A stretch of 64,000 nt of DNA from an uncultured delta proteobacterium (GTDB lineage Bacteria; Myxococcota_A; Polyangia; Haliangiales; Haliangiaceae): the NCBI GenBank assembly GCA_963743525.1, contig CAVUQH010000003.1:672001-736000 (forward strand), read 5' to 3'. Below, piece after piece: positions 14,480 through 24,886 of the stretch. The position numbers were made by a program, and so were the translations under genes. The notes under the pieces are model-generated. The model was not told the DNA's origin. It was given only the letters and a program-made list of their open reading frames with translations, and did no database searches. Numbering within the stretch: the first letter of the stretch is position 1; each line of letters starts with the position of its first letter.

Positions 14480-16107
14480 AGATCGGCAGCTCGTACAAAC
14501 AACACGGCATCGACGGCGCGTTCGACGCCATCGTCATCGGCTCCGGGATCGGCGGGCTGGCCAGCGCGGCGCTGCTCGCCCGCCACGGCGGCAAGCGCGT
14601 GCTGGTGCTCGAACGCCACTACACCGCCGGCGGCTTCACCCATGTCTTCCACCGTCCCGGCTACGACTGGGACGTCGGCGTCCACTACATCGGCCAGACC
14701 CAGCCCAAGGCGCTGCTTCGCCGCGTGTTCGACCATCTCACCGACGGCGCCCTCGAGTGGGCCGACATGGGCGAGGTCTACGACACCATCATCATCGGCG
14801 ACGATGTCTACGAGCTGCCCGCCGGGCGTCGCAACTTCCGCAAGCGCATGCTCGACTACTTCCCCGGCGAGGCGGCGGCCATCGACGACTACCTGGGGCG
14901 TATTCGCGCGGCCACCCGGTCGAGCCACCTGTACTACGCCGAGAAGGTGCTGCCCAAGCCGCTCGACACCGTGCTCGGTCCGGCGCTGCGCTTCCGCGCC
15001 ATGCGCCACGCCCGCCGCACCACCGCCGAGGTCATGGCCGAGGTCACCGACAACAAGCGGCTGGCCGCGGTGCTCACCGGTCAGTACGGCGACTACGGCC
15101 TGCCGCCGTCGCAGTCGAGCTTCCTCATGCACGCGCTGGTGGTCAATCACTACCTCGGCGGCGGCGCCTATCCCGTGGGCGGCTCGGCGCGCATCGCCGA
15201 AACCATGCTGCCACTGATCGAGGAGAACGGCGGCCGGGTGCTGGTCAACGCCGAGGTCAACGAGATCATCGTCGACCGCGGCCGCGCGGTCGGTGTGCGC
15301 ATGGCCGACGGCGTCTGTGTGCGCGCGCCCATGGTCATCAGCGACGCCGGCGTGGCCAACACCTACCGCCGGCTGCTGCCGGCCGAGGTCGCGCGCCGTC
15401 GCGGCCTGGATCGTCTGGTCGGCCGCATCGAGCCGTCGCTGGCGCACGCGTCGCTCTACCTCGGCCTCGACCGCACCGCGGCGGACCTGGGCCTGCACAC
15501 CTCCAACCTGTGGATCTATCCGCACGACGATCACGACCGCGCCCTGGCCGAGTTCATGGCCGACCCCGAGGCACCGCTGCCGGTCGCCTACGTGTCGTTT
15601 CCGTCGGCCAAGGATCCGGACTTCGAGCGCCGCCACCCGGGCCATGGAACCATCGAGGTGATCACGCCGGCGCCCTACGATCTGTTCCGCCGCTGGGAGG
15701 CTACCCGGTGGAAGAAGCGCGGCGCCGACTACGACGCGTTCAAGCAGCGCCTGGCCGACCGGATGCTCGAGGCGCTCTACTCGCGGGTGCCGCAGGTCCG
15801 CGGGGCCATCGCTCATCAGGAGCTGTCAACCCCGCTGTCGACGCGCAACTTCACCGCCCATCCGCGGGGCGAGATCTACGGACTGACGCACACGCCGGCC
15901 CGCTTCGAGCAGCGCTGGCTGCGCCCGCGCACGCCGATTCGCGGCCTCTATCTGACCGGCGCGGACGTCTGCTCGGCCGGCGTCGGCGGCGCGTTGTTCG
16001 GCGGCGTGCTCACCGCGTCGGCAGCGCTGCGCAAGAACCTGGTCACCGCCATCGCCCGCGGACCGGCGCGATCGCAGGCGCCGCACTCGGCGCCCGCGCC
16101 GGCCTGA
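14476..16107 (+). CDS. FAD-dependent oxidoreductase, phytoene desaturase/retinol saturase-like
   Basis: IGSGIGGL, ERHYTAGG, WDVGVHY, STPLS, GLYLTG; ATGA overlap with the TetR gene. Confidence 0.9.
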   Translation: MKIGSSYKQHGIDGAFDAIVIGSGIGGLASAALLARHGGKRVLVLERHYTAGGFTHVFHRPGYDWDVGVHYIGQTQPKALLRRVFDHLTDGALEWADMGEVYDTIIIGDDVYELPAGRRNFRKRMLDYFPGEAAAIDDYLGRIRAATRSSHLYYAEKVLPKPLDTVLGPALRFRAMRHARRTTAEVMAEVTDNKRLAAVLTGQYGDYGLPPSQSSFLMHALVVNHYLGGGAYPVGGSARIAETMLPLIEENGGRVLVNAEVNEIIVDRGRAVGVRMADGVCVRAPMVISDAGVANTYRRLLPAEVARRRGLDRLVGRIEPSLAHASLYLGLDRTAADLGLHTSNLWIYPHDDHDRALAEFMADPEAPLPVAYVSFPSAKDPDFERRHPGHGTIEVITPAPYDLFRRWEATRWKKRGADYDAFKQRLADRMLEALYSRVPQVRGAIAHQELSTPLSTRNFTAHPRGEIYGLTHTPARFEQRWLRPRTPIRGLYLTGADVCSAGVGGALFGGVLTASAALRKNLVTAIARGPARSQAPHSAPAPA

Positions 16108-16126
16108 TCGACTGTATGCTCGGGCG

Positions 16127-17125
16127 GTGCAATTCGCCGATCACTTTGCCCTGTCCGAGCTGCCGTACTTCGAGCTCCGCGACGGACGCCTGGTTGCCGT
16201 CGGCGTCAACGAGTGGGGCCCGGCCATCGATGCCCACACGCACCTGGCGCTGTCGTACATCCGCCAGGCGTCGGTCAACCTGACCGCAGCTCACGACCGG
16301 ACGCGGCACTACTTGCCGACGTCCAGCCCGGTCAACCTCGATATCTACATGAACCGCAACTTCTCGGTCGAGCAGCTGCGGGCGCTCAAGCGCGACCTGA
16401 CCCTGGGCGTGCTGGTCGGCGGCGCCATGCGCGCCACGCACACGGCGGCCAACCTGACCCGCGAGATGTCCGAGCTGGGCATCGCCGCCTCGGTGCTGCT
16501 GCCGATCGACATGCCAATCCTGTCAACCAACGCCGAGCAGTATCTCGACATCGCGCGCGACAGCGGCGCCATCGTGAGCCTGGGCTCGGTGCACCCGCAC
16601 GCGCGAAACGTCCGCGGGCGGCTGGCCGCGCAGAAGGCCGCAGGCGCCCGGGGCGTGAAGGTCCATCCAGCGGTGCAGTTGATCGCGCCGGATCATCCGC
16701 GGGCGATGGCGCTGTACGCCGCGTGCGCCGAGCTGTCGCTGCCGGTCTTCTTCCACTGCGGCCCGGTCGGCATCGAGAGTCGCGCGGCGCGCCGCCGCTG
16801 TCAGCTCGACCGCTACGTGCCGCCGGTCACCGAGCACCCGGACTGCACCTTCGTCCTCGGGCACTCCGGCGCGCTGCAGATGGAGCAGGGGCTCGAGCTG
16901 GCCCGCCGCCACGACAACGTCTGGCTCGAGCTGGCGTCGCAGTCGCTGTCGAACGTGCGCGAGATCGTCCGCCGCGGTCCCAGCGATCGGATCGTCTTCG
17001 GCTCCGACTGGCCGTTCTATCACCAGGCGCCGGGCCTGGCGAAGGTGCTGCTGGCGACCGAGGGCGAGCCTGCGCTGCGCCGCCGCGTGCTCCACGACAA
17101 CGCCGAGAGGTTGTTCGGGCTGTAG
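16127..17125 (+). CDS. Amidohydrolase family protein
   Basis: IDAHTH, GVKVHP, FHCG, LGHSG, FGSDWP. Confidence 0.9.
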   Translation: MQFADHFALSELPYFELRDGRLVAVGVNEWGPAIDAHTHLALSYIRQASVNLTAAHDRTRHYLPTSSPVNLDIYMNRNFSVEQLRALKRDLTLGVLVGGAMRATHTAANLTREMSELGIAASVLLPIDMPILSTNAEQYLDIARDSGAIVSLGSVHPHARNVRGRLAAQKAAGARGVKVHPAVQLIAPDHPRAMALYAACAELSLPVFFHCGPVGIESRAARRRCQLDRYVPPVTEHPDCTFVLGHSGALQMEQGLELARRHDNVWLELASQSLSNVREIVRRGPSDRIVFGSDWPFYHQAPGLAKVLLATEGEPALRRRVLHDNAERLFGL

Positions 17126-18079
17126 CTACTCGGCCAGCTGCATCGGCCGCGAGTCGCTCTTGCTCGGTTTGAAGTGTCGGGTCACGCCGATCATGATCTG
17201 CGTCTGATCGAAGCCGCCGTCGAGGATCGGCAGCGTGGTCGCCGGATCGACCGAGTCGCCGCGGTCGAAGACCGACAGCTTGGCGACGATGTCCCAGTCG
17301 TCGATGTACGACAGCACGCCGCCGATCTCGAAGCTGACCCGGGTCTGCGGATCGTACGGCGCAGCGCCGGAGTCGGACATCACCGAGTCGTCGGCGACCG
17401 GGAAGTGGAACTCTGTGCCGACCCACGCGCCCATCATGCCGTGGGGCTCGTGGAACACCAGCTGGCCGCCGGCGTTGGCTTCGATCAGCCAGCTCGGCTG
17501 TGAGCGATCCTTCTCCGACAGCGCGGTCCACGAGCTGCCCAGATCGCCTTCGACCAACAGCGTCTCGTGCAGGCTCTTGCGCGCCTGCAGGCCGGCGCCG
17601 GCGGAGCCCCACATGCCGCGGTCGCCCATCAGCGTGCCGCCGCTGCCGGTCAGGTGGAAGGCATAGCGCTTGCCGAAGCCGGCGCGCATTCCGGCGGCTA
17701 CGTTCTGCCACACCAGCTCGTCGGTGTAGCTCGGCTGTTTGGGCAGGAAGCTGGCGCCGAAGAAGATCTCGAACCGCCTGGCGAAGGCGTGGCGGGCGTT
17801 GATCGAAGTCAGCACCACGTCGGTGAACTTCAGCCCGTCGTCCATGCCCGGTGTGCCCGTCGGCGCGGTCAGGAAGCGCAGGCTGCCGCCCAGGGTCGTC
17901 GACCCGTCGGGCATGATCATCCAGTCGTTGGCCTTTGAGCGATAGCTGCCGCTATCGCTCAAGGAGCCGCCCGACATCGAGATGGTCTCGCCGACGGCGC
18001 GGGAGGCCTCCTGGGCGCGCGCCGCCGAGGCGGCCGAGACGAGGGCAAGGACGATGAACGAAGCCAGGGTAGTTTTCAT
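17126..18079 (-). CDS. Secreted protein, probable outer-membrane beta-barrel
   Basis: Signal peptide MKTTLASFIVLALVSAASAARA; alternating amphipathic strands. Confidence 0.7.
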   Translation of the reverse strand: MKTTLASFIVLALVSAASAARAQEASRAVGETISMSGGSLSDSGSYRSKANDWMIMPDGSTTLGGSLRFLTAPTGTPGMDDGLKFTDVVLTSINARHAFARRFEIFFGASFLPKQPSYTDELVWQNVAAGMRAGFGKRYAFHLTGSGGTLMGDRGMWGSAGAGLQARKSLHETLLVEGDLGSSWTALSEKDRSQPSWLIEANAGGQLVFHEPHGMMGAWVGTEFHFPVADDSVMSDSGAAPYDPQTRVSFEIGGVLSYIDDWDIVAKLSVFDRGDSVDPATTLPILDGGFDQTQIMIGVTRHFKPSKSDSRPMQLAE

Positions 18080-18168
18080 GGGGTGCCGAAGCAGTCCAAC
18101 GCACCGGCTCCGGCGCCGATCTGCCCGCGGCGATTTTCTTGGGTGAAAAACGCCGAAAGGCGGCGATT

Positions 18169-19200
18169 TCATGCGCCGGCGAGCTGCCCGCAGGCGGCTG
18201 CGATGGCGGCGCCGCCGCTGTAGCGGCGGTGGCTGCGCACCCCGGCGGCTGCCAGGGCGTCGCGGAACGCGTCCATGCGCGGGCTGCGCGCGAACGGATC
18301 GCGGCTGGCGACGTCGATCGGATTGTAGTCGAGCACGGTGAGCCGCGGCGCCAACCCGGTGCGGTCGGCGAAGTCGCGGACCAGCGCGGCCAGGGCACGC
18401 GCGTCGTCGTCGCCGTCGTTGACCCCGGCGAGCAGCGTGATCGCCCACATCGGCGCCAACCCGGTGGTGGTCGCGTGGTCGGCGGCCGCGTGCAGCACCG
18501 ACGCCAGCGAGTGGGCTCGCGTGATCGGCATGATGGCTTCGCGCACCGCGGGTCGGGCGCTGCCGATCGACAGGCCCAGCCGCACCCGCGGCGCCGACCG
18601 CGCCAGCCGGCGAATGCCCTCGGGCACGCCGGCGGTGCAGACCGTCACCGCCCGGGCATCGATGGCCTGGGTGTACGGCGCGGTCAGCACGTCGATGGCG
18701 GCGAGCACGCGATCGGCGTTGGCCAGTGGCTCGCCCATGCCCTGGAAGACGACTCCGTGGATGCGCGTGCCGTCGGGCAAGCCGCGGCGCACCTCGCGGA
18801 CCTGCTCGACGATCTCCCAGGTCTCGAGGTTGCGGGCCAGGCCCAACCGTCCGGTGGCGCAGAAGGCGCACGACAGCGCGCAGCCGACTTGCGAGCTGAC
18901 GCAGACCGAGTAGCGCCCCGGGCGATCCAGCGGGATGCGCACGGTCTCGATCCGCCCCGGCTCGACGTCGAACAGATATTTGTGGAAGCCGTCGCCACTG
19001 GCATGCTCGCCCGCGCGGCTCAGCGCCGGCTGGCCGGCGTTCTCTCGCACCCGATCGATCGCCGTCCGCGGCAACCCCGGGCGCGGCGAAAGCTCGTGCT
19101 CGCGGTGCACCGACGACAGCAGCTTGCGCGCGTGCTCGGGCTCGAGTCCGGGCAGACGCGCACACAACGCCTCTGCGGTCACTGCCTGCAGCGCCAGCAC
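18169..19200 (-). CDS. rlmN: RlmN/Cfr-family radical SAM RNA methyltransferase (likely paralog)
   Basis: CVSSQVGCALSCAFCATG, GMGEP, terminal AACGQL. Confidence 0.85.
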   Translation of the reverse strand: MLALQAVTAEALCARLPGLEPEHARKLLSSVHREHELSPRPGLPRTAIDRVRENAGQPALSRAGEHASGDGFHKYLFDVEPGRIETVRIPLDRPGRYSVCVSSQVGCALSCAFCATGRLGLARNLETWEIVEQVREVRRGLPDGTRIHGVVFQGMGEPLANADRVLAAIDVLTAPYTQAIDARAVTVCTAGVPEGIRRLARSAPRVRLGLSIGSARPAVREAIMPITRAHSLASVLHAAADHATTTGLAPMWAITLLAGVNDGDDDARALAALVRDFADRTGLAPRLTVLDYNPIDVASRDPFARSPRMDAFRDALAAAGVRSHRRYSGGAAIAAACGQLAGA

Positions 19201-19202
19201 GG

Positions 19203-21449
19203 TCAGCCCACCCGCTCGTTGATCAGCGCGATCAGCCGGATCGGATCGAACGGCTTGTCCACTCGCAGGTTGCGGTTGTTGTCCAGGAACTCGATGGCTC
19301 GCTCGGTGAAGGCTCCGCCAGTCACGAACACCAGTTTGTCAACCAGGTCGGGGTGCGATTCGACCAGCGCGTGGTGCAGATCCATGCCGGTCATGTTGGG
19401 CATCATCAGGTCGCAGAGGATCACGTCGTACTGCTCGTCGGCGCGGAGCAGCGCGAGCCCGCGCTCGGCGCTGGTGACGGCGACGACGTCGTGGGCGCGC
19501 GATAGGATACGCGTCACCGCGCGGCAGATCACCGGCTCGTCGTCGATTACCAGCACGCGCCCGCGGCGACTGGCGAGCGGTATCGACTGCCGCGGCTTCG
19601 CCATCTCCACGACCGCGTCGTGGAGCCCGGGCAGGATCACTCGAATAATAGTGCCCTTGCCCGGGGTGCTTTCGAGCTCGATGTGCCCGTTCATCGAATG
19701 AACGATCTGGTCGCAAATCGCCAGGCCCAGGCCGGTGCCGACACCCACCGGCTTGGTGGTGAAGAACGGCTCGAAGATGTGCGGCAGACTCTCCGGCGAG
19801 ATGCCGACGCCGGTGTCGCGAACCTCGACCACGGCGTTGCCGCCGCCGTCGGTGAAGGTCGCGATGTGCACCTCGTTGTCCTCGGCGCGGGCGTCCGGGA
19901 TCGCCTGCGCGGCGTTGACGATCAAGTTGAGGAACACCTGCGCCAGCCGCGACTCGTTGCCGTCGACCAGCGGCGTCTCCTGATACGACTCGACCACCCG
20001 CGCCCGGTGGCGCACCTCGTTCCACGCCATGCGCAGGCTCGACTCGACCACCCGCCGCAGCGCCAGGGGCCCTCGCTTCTGTTCGTCCGATCGGGAGAAA
20101 ACCTTGAGGTCTCTCACGATCTGACGCACCAGCTCGGCCGCCTGGCGGGCTTCGTCGACCAGCTCGAGCTCTTCCGGGCCGTCGATCCGCTCCTCGAGCA
20201 TCGACAGGTTGGCGATCACCGCGGTGAGCGGGTTGTTGATCTCGTGGGCGACACCGGCCGCCAACGTGCCGACCGAGGCCATGCGGTCGGCGGCGGACAT
20301 GCGCGACTGTGTGGCCTTGACCTCGGTGATGTCGCGCATGATGGCCGACAGGCCGATCGGTCGGCCGTCGTGGTCGTCGACCCGCGCGATCGACACCGAA
20401 ACCGGCACCAGCCGGCCGTCGCGCGCGAGCCGGACGGTGTCGTGGTTGTGCACGTGGTCGCCCGCGAGCACCCGCTTGATGAAACCGCGCTGTTCGGGGT
20501 GCTGTTCGGGCGTGCCGATCATCGACACCGGCCGGCCCATCGCCTCGGCGGCGCTCCAGCCGAACAGCCGCTCCGCACCGCGATTCCACGCCTGCACGAG
20601 CCCTTCGCAATCGGTGCCGATGATGGCGTCGTCGGTCGATTCGACGATGCTCACCAGCCTTTGCTGCAGTGTCTCGACGTTCTCGCGCTCGGTGGTATCG
20701 CGGCAGATCACCACGTGGCGGCCGGGCACGATGTTGGCCACCGCGCGGTATTCGAGCGTTCGGCGCTGGTCGTTGCGCAAGAACTCGAGGGTGCCGTCGA
20801 TGGCGCCGCGGGCCCTGAGCTGCGTCCAGCGATCCTCGGCCGACTGGCGGTCGGCGGCAAACTCGAACAGCTGGCGGCCAAGGAGCTGAGCTTCGGTCAC
20901 GCCGAACAGCTCCGGGGAAACGGCGTTGATCGCCACGATTCGCCGGTCGTCGTCGATCACGATTACTGCCTCGCCGACGCCGTCGAGGGCGGCTCGCAGC
21001 AGGCGCTCGCTCTGCCGCAGCGTGTGGATCGTGCGCGTTCGGTCGATCGCCTGGCGAATCGCCCGGGCCAGCGGGCCGATCTCGAGATCCTTCTTGACCA
21101 GGTAGTCCGACGCCCCCGACAGGATCGCCTTTCGCTCGACCGCCTGGTCGTCGGTTCCCGACAGCAGCACGACCGGGGTGGTCACGCCGGCGGCGAGCAG
21201 CGCCTGCAACGCTCCGAGGCCGTCGTCGGCACCGAGTAGACAGAGGTCGTAGCGGCCGCCGAGCAGTCCCGGCAACCCCTCGTCGAGGGCGGTGAGCCAT
21301 TCGACCGCGTGGCATTCGCGACCCATCTCGGCCAGGAGCTCGCTGATCGTCTGCGCGTCATCGCGCTTCGGCTCGATGAGCAATAACTGCACCGGCAGCT
21401 GGGTGGTGCCGCCAGGATGCTCGTTGTCGTGGAAGGTTTCCTCGCCCAT
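19203..21449 (-). CDS. Hybrid histidine kinase REC-PAS-PAS-HisKA-HATPase-REC
   Basis: AHEINNPL, NLIVNA, FEPFFTTK, GTGLGL; C-terminal REC CDLMMP. Confidence 0.95.
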   Translation of the reverse strand: MGEETFHDNEHPGGTTQLPVQLLLIEPKRDDAQTISELLAEMGRECHAVEWLTALDEGLPGLLGGRYDLCLLGADDGLGALQALLAAGVTTPVVLLSGTDDQAVERKAILSGASDYLVKKDLEIGPLARAIRQAIDRTRTIHTLRQSERLLRAALDGVGEAVIVIDDDRRIVAINAVSPELFGVTEAQLLGRQLFEFAADRQSAEDRWTQLRARGAIDGTLEFLRNDQRRTLEYRAVANIVPGRHVVICRDTTERENVETLQQRLVSIVESTDDAIIGTDCEGLVQAWNRGAERLFGWSAAEAMGRPVSMIGTPEQHPEQRGFIKRVLAGDHVHNHDTVRLARDGRLVPVSVSIARVDDHDGRPIGLSAIMRDITEVKATQSRMSAADRMASVGTLAAGVAHEINNPLTAVIANLSMLEERIDGPEELELVDEARQAAELVRQIVRDLKVFSRSDEQKRGPLALRRVVESSLRMAWNEVRHRARVVESYQETPLVDGNESRLAQVFLNLIVNAAQAIPDARAEDNEVHIATFTDGGGNAVVEVRDTGVGISPESLPHIFEPFFTTKPVGVGTGLGLAICDQIVHSMNGHIELESTPGKGTIIRVILPGLHDAVVEMAKPRQSIPLASRRGRVLVIDDEPVICRAVTRILSRAHDVVAVTSAERGLALLRADEQYDVILCDLMMPNMTGMDLHHALVESHPDLVDKLVFVTGGAFTERAIEFLDNNRNLRVDKPFDPIRLIALINERVG

Positions 21450-21653
21450 TGGGAGCTCGCACTACCACCGGTAACTCGGTCGGCCCCACTGCGATCTTGA
21501 ACGAGTGGTCGTTCGTTCGCGGCGTTTACGTTACAACCGCGGTGGCCGGCTGGGCCAGCCTTACCGGCGGTCCTCGATCAGTCAGCGAGCGACAGGGAGA
21601 ACACGGGGCCACCTGGTGCCAATGTGGTAGCGTCCGGCACCGAGGTGGAGGCA

Positions 21654-22568
21654 ATGAAGATCACGGTGCTGGCGATCGTGTTCGCCATGGGTTGCGGGAG
21701 TCCGCCAAGCGGAGTGGTGGCGACCGACGCCGACGCCGCGCCAACCCCGGACAGCGCCCCCCCCGACGCCTCACTGCAAGCGCTGGGCCCGTCGCTGGTC
21801 ATCGACGACATGCACATCGCCAGCCTGCAGGAAGACGCGCACGCGCTGTCGCTCCTCGGCACTGCGATCAACCCGCAGTTGCAGTCGGCGATCCAGGGGG
21901 GAACCCTGCTCCTGGGCGTCGAGCTGCGCGAGCTGGACGATCCGTCGGCCGCGACCGACGAGCCGCTGACGGTCGGCATGTACACCCTGCAAGATACCGA
22001 CGGCGACGCCAGCGACAACTTCGTCGCCGGCAGCCCGGAGGTGTTTACGGTGGCCGCCGGCAGCTTCACCGGCGACACGCCGTCAGTGCTCTTCTCCGAC
22101 GCCACCATCACCCGTCGGCACCTCGATGCGACCGGCGTGTCGGCCCTGGATCTACTCGGTGGCGCGCTGCCGTTCGCCTTGCAGCAGCCCGAGCTGTCGG
22201 GAGATCTGGTCGCTGACGCCGACGGCACCCACGTGGTCGAGCTGACCGGCGGCCGGCTGGTCGGCGGGCTGCCAGCCAGCTTGCTGGCCCTTGCGCCCAA
22301 CATCGCCACCGGCCAGTGTCCGGGCGCGACCATGCTCGACGTCATCGCCACCGGCTGTGGGCTGCTGCCGCTGCAGCCGGACATCGACCTGGACGGCGAC
22401 GGGTTCGAAAAGCTGTACGACACCGACGGTGACGGGGCCATCGATCGCTGTGTCAACGGCGACGGCACCGAGATCCTGGGCACCGACTGTCCGTCCAACC
22501 CGGCCATCGCCGACGGTTACCGGATCATCTTCGTCGTCCACGGCTTGCGCGCGATCCTCGTCCGCTGA
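21654..22568 (+). CDS. Lipoprotein with DxDxDG-type acidic motifs
   Basis: GGAGG RBS; lipobox FAMG-C; DLDGDG and DTDGDG. Confidence 0.75.
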   Translation: MKITVLAIVFAMGCGSPPSGVVATDADAAPTPDSAPPDASLQALGPSLVIDDMHIASLQEDAHALSLLGTAINPQLQSAIQGGTLLLGVELRELDDPSAATDEPLTVGMYTLQDTDGDASDNFVAGSPEVFTVAAGSFTGDTPSVLFSDATITRRHLDATGVSALDLLGGALPFALQQPELSGDLVADADGTHVVELTGGRLVGGLPASLLALAPNIATGQCPGATMLDVIATGCGLLPLQPDIDLDGDGFEKLYDTDGDGAIDRCVNGDGTEILGTDCPSNPAIADGYRIIFVVHGLRAILVR

Positions 22569-22569
22569 G

Positions 22570-24723
22570 TCAGACCGCGGCTCTTGCGTCGGGATAGAAG
22601 CGAAGCTCCGGTCGATACAGCATCCTCGTCGGCCGGAATCTCTCGCCCCGTTCGCGGCGGAAATGCTCCAGGCGTTCGCGGATGGCCGCGACACCGAGCT
22701 GGTCGACCGTGCGGAACGGCCCGCCGCGGAAGGTCGGGTAGCCCAGGCCGAGGACGGCGCCGATGTCGCCGTCGCGCGGGCACGAGATGATCTCCTCGTC
22801 GAGACAGCGAATCGCCTCGTTGATCATCGGCAGGACACAGCGCCAGGCGAGCTCTTCGCGCCCGGGATCGCCGCCGCCGTCGCTGCTGGGCCGGTCGATC
22901 AGGCTCTGCAGGACCGCGTCGTCTGCGCGCCGGCCCTCGTCATCGTAGCGGTAGAACCCGGCGCCGCTGCGCCGACCTTCGCGGTTGGCCGACAGCAACA
23001 GGTCGATCAGCGCGGGGCTGGCCATCCGCTCGCCGAACGCAGCATCCATCCGCCGCCCGACGATGCTGGCGACCGGCAACCCGATCAGGTCGGTGAGCGC
23101 CAGCGGGCCGATGGGGAAGCCAAAGGCGACCAGGGCGCTGTCGATCCGCGCGACCGAAACTCCTTCGGCGACCAGGCGATGGGCTTCGCCGAGGTAGGCA
23201 GCCAGGATGCGCGTGGTGTAGAAGCCGACGCCGTCGCGGACCACGATCGGCGTCTTGCCCACCCGTCGCGCCAGCTCGACGCAGGTCGCCACCACCCACG
23301 GCGCGGTCTTGTCGGCCGCGACGATCTCGACCAGGGGAATCCGCTGCGCGGGTGCCAGGAAGTGCATGCCGACGACCGTCTCGGGATGGCTGCTGACGCC
23401 GGCGATGTCGGCGATCGGCAGCGACGAGGTGTTGCTGGCGAAGATGATGTCGTTACCGCCCAGCGCCTCGACCTCACGGAGGAGTTGGCGCTTGAGGCCC
23501 AGCTCTTCGGAGGCGGCCTCGAGCACCACCTGGCAGCGTTCGAAACCGGTGTAGTCGATCGCGCCGCCGACGCGGAAGGCGCGCCGCCGCGACTCCAGCG
23601 GCTCGAGGTCGCCGCGCTCGCGGGCGCGGGCAAACAAGCGTTCCACGGTGTGGATACCGGCGGCGACCGTCGAGTGATCGATGTCCTTCAGGCGCACCGG
23701 CAGATCGGCCCGCGCCGACATGACGTAGGCGATGGCCGAGCCCATCATTCCGGCGCCGAGCACGCCGACGCGCTCGACCCGGGTCGGCACGGCGTCAGCG
23801 GCGGCAGCCGGGGTTTCGTGGCCCAACGCGCGGCGGTCGCGAAACAGCATCATCAGGCTGCGCGCGGCGGGCGACATCGCCAGCTCGCCGAACGCCTGCT
23901 GCTCGGCCAGCTCGCCGGCGTCCAGGCCATCCTGCAGGCCGATCTGAACCACGTCGACCAGTCGCGCCGGCGCCGGGTAGCCGTCGTGGGCCAGCTCGCG
24001 CGCCTGCTTGCGCGCGCGCTCGAGGATGACCCGGCGTCCCGGCCAACTGCTCTCGACGAAGCGGCGCAAGCGCTCGCGGATGCGCTCGTGGGACGAGTGC
24101 TCGGCGAGTAGCGCGGCGCGCTGGGCGGCCACCTGGATGAGAATTGGCGTGGGCACGATCTCGTCGACGAGGCCGGCGCTGCGGGCCGCGGCGCCGTGCA
24201 GGCGCTCGCCGGTCAGCATCAGCTCCAACGCTCGCGGCAGACCGACCAGCTGCGGCAGCCGGGCCGTGCCTCCGGAGAACGGCAGCAGCCCCAGGGTCAC
24301 CTCCGGCATGCCGACGAGCGTGGACGGATCATCGCTGGCGATGCGCGCCTCACAGGCGCAAGCGAGCTCCAGCCCGGCGCCCAGGCAGTGGCCGTGGATG
24401 GCGGCGACCACGGGCATGCGCAGCTGCGCCAGCCGGGCCATGGCCAGCTGCGCGTGACGCGACAGCGCCTCGGCGGCCGCCCGCGCCGTGCAGGCGGCAA
24501 TCTCGTCGATGTCGGTGCCGGCGATGAAGCTGCGCTCCTTGGCCGAGGCGAACACGGCTGCCCGCACCGCGGTGTCGGCATCGAGGTCGTCGAGGACCTT
24601 GATCAGCCGGGCCCCGGTGTGCGCGCGCCACAGGTTGACGCGGCTGCCAGGGGTGCTCATCCGGATGACGGCCACGCCGTCCTTGCGCCGCTCGACCGAG
24701 AACAGCGTCTCACCGGCGTCCAT
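22570..24723 (-). CDS. fadJ: Fatty acid oxidation complex alpha subunit (enoyl-CoA hydratase/3-hydroxyacyl-CoA dehydrogenase)
   Basis: GAGLELA, PEVTLGLLP, GAGMMG, ASNTSSL, GMHF, FYTTR, GGPFR. Confidence 0.9.
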   Translation of the reverse strand: MDAGETLFSVERRKDGVAVIRMSTPGSRVNLWRAHTGARLIKVLDDLDADTAVRAAVFASAKERSFIAGTDIDEIAACTARAAAEALSRHAQLAMARLAQLRMPVVAAIHGHCLGAGLELACACEARIASDDPSTLVGMPEVTLGLLPFSGGTARLPQLVGLPRALELMLTGERLHGAAARSAGLVDEIVPTPILIQVAAQRAALLAEHSSHERIRERLRRFVESSWPGRRVILERARKQARELAHDGYPAPARLVDVVQIGLQDGLDAGELAEQQAFGELAMSPAARSLMMLFRDRRALGHETPAAAADAVPTRVERVGVLGAGMMGSAIAYVMSARADLPVRLKDIDHSTVAAGIHTVERLFARARERGDLEPLESRRRAFRVGGAIDYTGFERCQVVLEAASEELGLKRQLLREVEALGGNDIIFASNTSSLPIADIAGVSSHPETVVGMHFLAPAQRIPLVEIVAADKTAPWVVATCVELARRVGKTPIVVRDGVGFYTTRILAAYLGEAHRLVAEGVSVARIDSALVAFGFPIGPLALTDLIGLPVASIVGRRMDAAFGERMASPALIDLLLSANREGRRSGAGFYRYDDEGRRADDAVLQSLIDRPSSDGGGDPGREELAWRCVLPMINEAIRCLDEEIISCPRDGDIGAVLGLGYPTFRGGPFRTVDQLGVAAIRERLEHFRRERGERFRPTRMLYRPELRFYPDARAAV

Positions 24724-24886
24724 GGCAGGACCTCCAGTTCGCCACAGCTGTGGCAGATTGACACCTGATCGCGGGCGATTTCCCAGGCTCGGCGAGGATC
24801 GTCGTGGCCATACCTCCGGCTCTCGCAAGAGGCGTGCCGCATACGCCGTGTAAGGAACCGGGGGCCGAGGCCGTTCCGGCAACACG

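Noticed and set aside
14476..16107. Carotenoid biosynthesis cluster
   Set aside because: A single desaturase-like gene under TetR control, with no crtB, crtE or cyclase nearby.
22570..24723. fadJ as part of the rSAM precursor cluster (lipid tailoring)
   Set aside because: It is divergently transcribed and an ordinary beta-oxidation enzyme; adjacency alone does not show linkage.
24845..24856. GCCGTGTAAGGA also found at 33379-33390 as a shared operator
   Set aside because: Only two copies at different distances from the starts; cannot be distinguished from chance without a genome-wide count.
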